NCBI RefSeq assembly: GCF_006345805.1
Contig: NC_043023.1
Coordinates: forward strand, 11,470,001-11,534,000
Source: Octopus sinensis
Lineage: Eukaryota
Direction of reading: 5' to 3'
Length of the DNA: 64,000 bases
Below the pieces are notes generated by a model. The model was given only the letters and a program-made list of their open reading frames with translations, did no database searches and was not told the DNA's origin. This document shows, piece by piece, positions 60,160 through 64,000 of this stretch. Position 1 is the stretch's first letter. Each line of letters starts with the position of its first letter. A program made the translations under genes and the position numbers.

Positions 60160-60960
60160 TGTATCTAAATATATCAACACAGCAGTCACTTTGATTTCTG
60201 AAGATGATTGTGCTGGATTTTTGAGGAATTTGTTATAAGAGAATAAAGGAATGGGAATAAGGAATAAAAGTTTTAAGTGACATTAATTTTGTCTTTGTTG
60301 TGCTTTCTTCATTATCATCATCATCCTTTAATGTTTTCTATGCAGGATCAGGTGGAAAGTCTTACAAGGGCTGTCAAGCCAGAGTGCTGTTCCAGATTGC
60401 AGTCAGATTTGGCTTGCTTTCTTTGGCTGTATGCCCTTAAGATACATTGTGTATTTTATAAATATGCCTGTTCATGTATCATAACAGCATGAAACTAGTA
60501 GTAGCTCTCTCGGTTATGTATTTAATTTGATATGTGTGTGTGTTTATGAAAACAGTGACAGTCTGATGACTAAAATAAGTGTATACAAATCTCATATTTT
60601 GAGTGTATTCATGTCTGGGGCAGAAGCATGGACTCCCTTTTACAGAGCAATATAAAAAAACTTGAAACTTTTCACATGTGCTGTTTGTGCAACAAAATAG
60701 CAAGATAAGACATCAAATGTCAAAACCTTAGAAATATGTGGTATGTCCAGCATCCAAAGCGTGTTGATGAGAATTCAGTGCAGATGGTTAGGACATATTT
60801 TTTAAATGAAAAATGGCTGCATTAAAAAAAATTCTTCTTTATGGCCAAAAAATGGAGGGATATCATGGCAGAGGAAGACCTGTCCTTAGGTATAAGGATG
60901 AGCTGAAGCAATCAGTAAAATCTCTAGAGTTTGATTTGACATGTTGGGGAAAGTCATTAC
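60160..60960 (+). other. Orphan copy of the ZNF 3' region with no finger array upstream
   Basis: Colinear with the reverse complement of 34620-35830, minus the LINE-tail insertion. Confidence 0.7.
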
Positions 60961-61949
60961 CTGGATCCACTTCCTTGGTGTAAAATTTCTGGCTGTAGAC
61001 AAATGGTGTAAATCTGATTTAGGTGTATTTACACCATTTCTCTACAACAATAAATTTTCTCCGTGACAAAACACTGTGAATGGGTTGTGTAAGAGTTCAA
61101 ATCTGGCACTGACATTCTTAGAATGGTAATAACATTTTACTTATAAACATCACTGCTTAGTTCTCCTACCTTGTTTAAAAAGTAAAACACCAAGGGAGGG
61201 CCAGGGATTGTGCACCTGTGTATACACAATATATACTGACATATACATTTTTACTAAAGTAAATGCAGATTTCTCCTTCCAGTTATGCATACATCTATAA
61301 ATACCTCACTGAATCCACAATGTGTCATCAAAGTCAAACTGGACTACATTCACTGCATGCATTCCACTTGGATTACAGACTTGAAATCCGAACGAATGGA
61401 ATTTTCCAAGTTAGGCAAAGAATAATTAACAACAAAGATGGGCTTTAGTCCAGTACTGCTGTTTCTGACATATTCTTTACTGATTAACAAAAGTGTAACA
61501 TCCTGCAAAAGAGCCGTTTTAATCAGGTGAATAAAGGTAAGAATTAGAAATCAGAACTTCCCAAGAAACTGAACATAATGCCAGATGACTCAACTGACCT
61601 GATTCCGCCAGGAGAGTGACTAGGTTCTGCCTTACTAAGTTTATATTAACCCTTTTGTTACCAACCCGGCTGAAACTGGCTCTGGCAATGAGTACAAATG
61701 TCTTGTTTTCACAAGTTTTGAATTGAAATCTTCCACCAAACCTTAGTCACAATTTATGTTCCTAACACAAGCTTAATGATAACAAAGTTATTTTACTAAA
61801 TTTTTGTTATATTTATAATTAATTGAAAGAAACACAACACAGGTAGAGAATGGGGCAGATGGAGAGAGAAATGAAAGGGAAGCAGTGATATTTGAGCTCA
61901 TAAAGGGCTGTAGGGTAAAACAAAGGGTTGTAAACAAATCGTTGAAAAG

Positions 61950-62330
61950 TTGGATTAGCAAGAGGTTATCCATTGATGTGTCACACTCTTGGGGAAAGGT
62001 ATGCCTTGCAATGGTGGATTGTGGGCCAGGGTGGATGGCGTCATGGAGAGAAATCGGGGTGGTAATGCTGCGGAAGGGCTGCAATCAGTGTGTTTGGAAT
62101 GGGGGCTTGTAGATGAGCTATTAATGGACAACAGTACAGCTTTTTGCACCATTGTTCAATTGAATTTAAGGCTGAGAGGCAACGGATCTACCGCATGGAG
62201 GCAGTCTTCGAGTTTGTTCTGCAGACAGCCATATTCTGGTACGAATGGGGACACTGCAGCAGCTGGAGGTGGAAGGGGTTACATTGGTACAGGCCATAGA
62301 CAAAGTAGGGTGAAGCTCCCAAATGCGTGT
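61950..62330 (+). mobile_element. Degenerate Ty3/Gypsy-type integrase fragment
   Basis: Shifted frames give W..KRLSIDVSH...LAMVDCGPG...WREI and LEWGLVDELLMDNSTAF...GNG, resembling the integrase D,D region. Confidence 0.6.
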
Positions 62331-62599
62331 GTGGGACATTCCCAATCACCGATAACAGACGAACTGCACACAGAAATGTCGCTGTGGGTAGCTATTAAGT
62401 TGGTCTGCAGAGAAGGGCCATCCGGTTAGGTACGAGAAGGATCTGACAATTTATATCAGTGATTCTCAACTGGGGTCCACACATCCCCCTCAGGGTCCTA
62501 TATAAGACTGAGGGGGATTACACAACAAAATATCATGGAAAACAATAATTATATTTTAAGGGTATTCGAAAAAATTTTGCTTTAGATCTTAAGTATTGG

Positions 62600-63312
62600 G
62601 TTAGGGTTATAAAACATCTTTTTCTCTTGGCTTTATAGAGAAAATTCTATGGTTTGTAAGATATTTGTTGTTTTTTTTGCTTCAATTTCTGCAATTTCAA
62701 CCAATCAATGACGTCTATTAAGGTGACAACATTCAGTGCCATATGAATATGTCCCTCATTCAAGAAACAGATTGGGTTTATTTACATTTCTGAAGAAAAA
62801 AAGATACCCGCCTCTAACCCTAACCCTAAAACAGATTGAAATGCAATAGATCAGGCGCAGGAGTGGCTGTGTGGTAAGTAGCTTGTTTACCAACCACATG
62901 GTTCCGGGTTCAGTCCCACTGCGTGGCACCTTGGGCAAGTGTCTTCTACTACAGCCTCGGGCTATAGTGAGTGGATTTGGTAGACGGAAACTGAAAGAAG
63001 CCCGTCGTATATATATGTATGTATGTTTCTGTGTCTGTGTCCCCCTAGCATTGCTTGACAACCGATGCTAGTGTGTTTATGTCCCCGTCAATTAGCGGTT
63101 CGGCAAAAAGAGATCGATAGAATAAGTACTGGGCTTACAAAAGAATAAGTCTCGGGGTCGAGTTGCTCGATTAAAGGCGGTGCTCCAGCATGGCCGTAGT
63201 CAAATGACTGAAACAAGTAAAAGAAAGAGAGATCGATACTAGAGTCATAATTATGGGTGACAATTTCATATGACACCGCTAGAAAAAACTGCCGTTCAAA
63301 CCGAAAAGATCC
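62600..63312 (-). mobile_element. MITE family 1 (reverse) interrupted by a family-A SINE
   Basis: MITE sequence resumes after the SINE. AGATC is repeated at both junctions. Confidence 0.75.
62854..63230 (+). mobile_element. Family-A tRNA-derived SINE, near full length
   Basis: A box TGGCTGTGTGG, B box GGTTCAGTCCC, central (TA)n/(TG)n and an A-rich tail. Other copies at 11620-12200, 12590-12790, 13190-13540, 20802-20970 and 41030-41213. Confidence 0.8.
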
Positions 63313-63558
63313 TACGTGAGTACTCTTCGTTAAAATAATCTGGTGTAAATTTGAAAAATTCTTGAAGGCGAAGTGGTTGACAGAAAATCACTGGAACGAA
63401 ATGAACAGCCAGTGAAGCCATCTATTGGAGAATTAAAGAAATACAATGTTATGAAGGGAAGTAACTTCTACAAAACTTGTTTTACGAGCTCCGAGTTAAA
63501 CGTTAAGGTGCTTAATTAGCGATCACTGACTCGTTGTTCATATCTGGATACGGTAAGT
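63313..63558 (+). promoter_or_regulatory. Putative exon 1 of a tenth ZNF gene lying beyond the window, donor ACG|GTAAGT (intron starts 63553)
   Basis: Conserved exon-1 block with no partner ORF inside the window. Confidence 0.55.
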
Positions 63559-64000
63559 TGAGAAATATTCACTTGAAGGCTATAATGGTGTTAATACTAC
63601 TGATTATAATGTAAATAATAGAATTATTTCGAAGCGAAAACATAACAAATTGGGGAAATATATTTCAGTGTCTTAAATAATAAATTCCAAACCGAAATAT
63701 TGATTTGTTGCTTATAAAAACCTATGAACTGCTGTTGCATGTGATATAAAGGAAATTAATTGGTAAAATGAGTGTTAAGTGGTGTAATTATTAAAATGAG
63801 ACGAAACCGTTTGCAGAATACCACATAGCGAACAGTGGTCCCGGTGCGCGCAGTCGCGGATCCGCGCTAGCTAGTCGTGACAAGTCGATCCTACAACGAC
63901 TACCTAGCAAAGTAAATAAAACACAAAATAAAAAAATTTTGATCCTTTTGGTTTGAACGGCAGTTTTTAACATAATTTCAAGTAACTAAAAATGTTAAAC

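Overview
Eukaryotic, AT-rich, repeat-dense DNA. The zinc-finger style and SINE/LINE content suggest an octopod cephalopod (inference from recalled patterns, not a database search). The window is a tandem cluster of nine poly-C2H2 zinc-finger genes with orientation +++ ----- +, about 11-28 TGEKPY-linked fingers each and no recognisable effector domain. There is also a one-finger remnant, an orphan 3' region, and the first exon of a predicted tenth gene at the right edge. The genes appear to be copies of one ~6-7 kb cassette: a CRE/ETS-type promoter (recognisable in five units), a non-coding exon 1 ending in a G|GTAAGT-type donor, a TE-filled intron, a conserved TTTCAG acceptor, a ~400-nt leader often carrying a 3-codon uORF, a single-exon finger array, and a conserved 3' region. 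Four ORFs are intact; five carry frameshifts or a nonsense codon. Interspersed elements are a 5'-truncated RTE-type LINE with a PHD finger inside its RT region and a tandem-repeat 3' UTR, many LINE-tail fragments, three tRNA-derived SINE families, two GG-terminal MITE families concentrated at the ZNF promoters, piggyBac-type MITEs, non-autonomous Helitrons, a Tc1/maT-like fragment, a Gypsy integrase remnant, long (TA)n tracts and a 100-N gap. All alignments and counts were made by eye.
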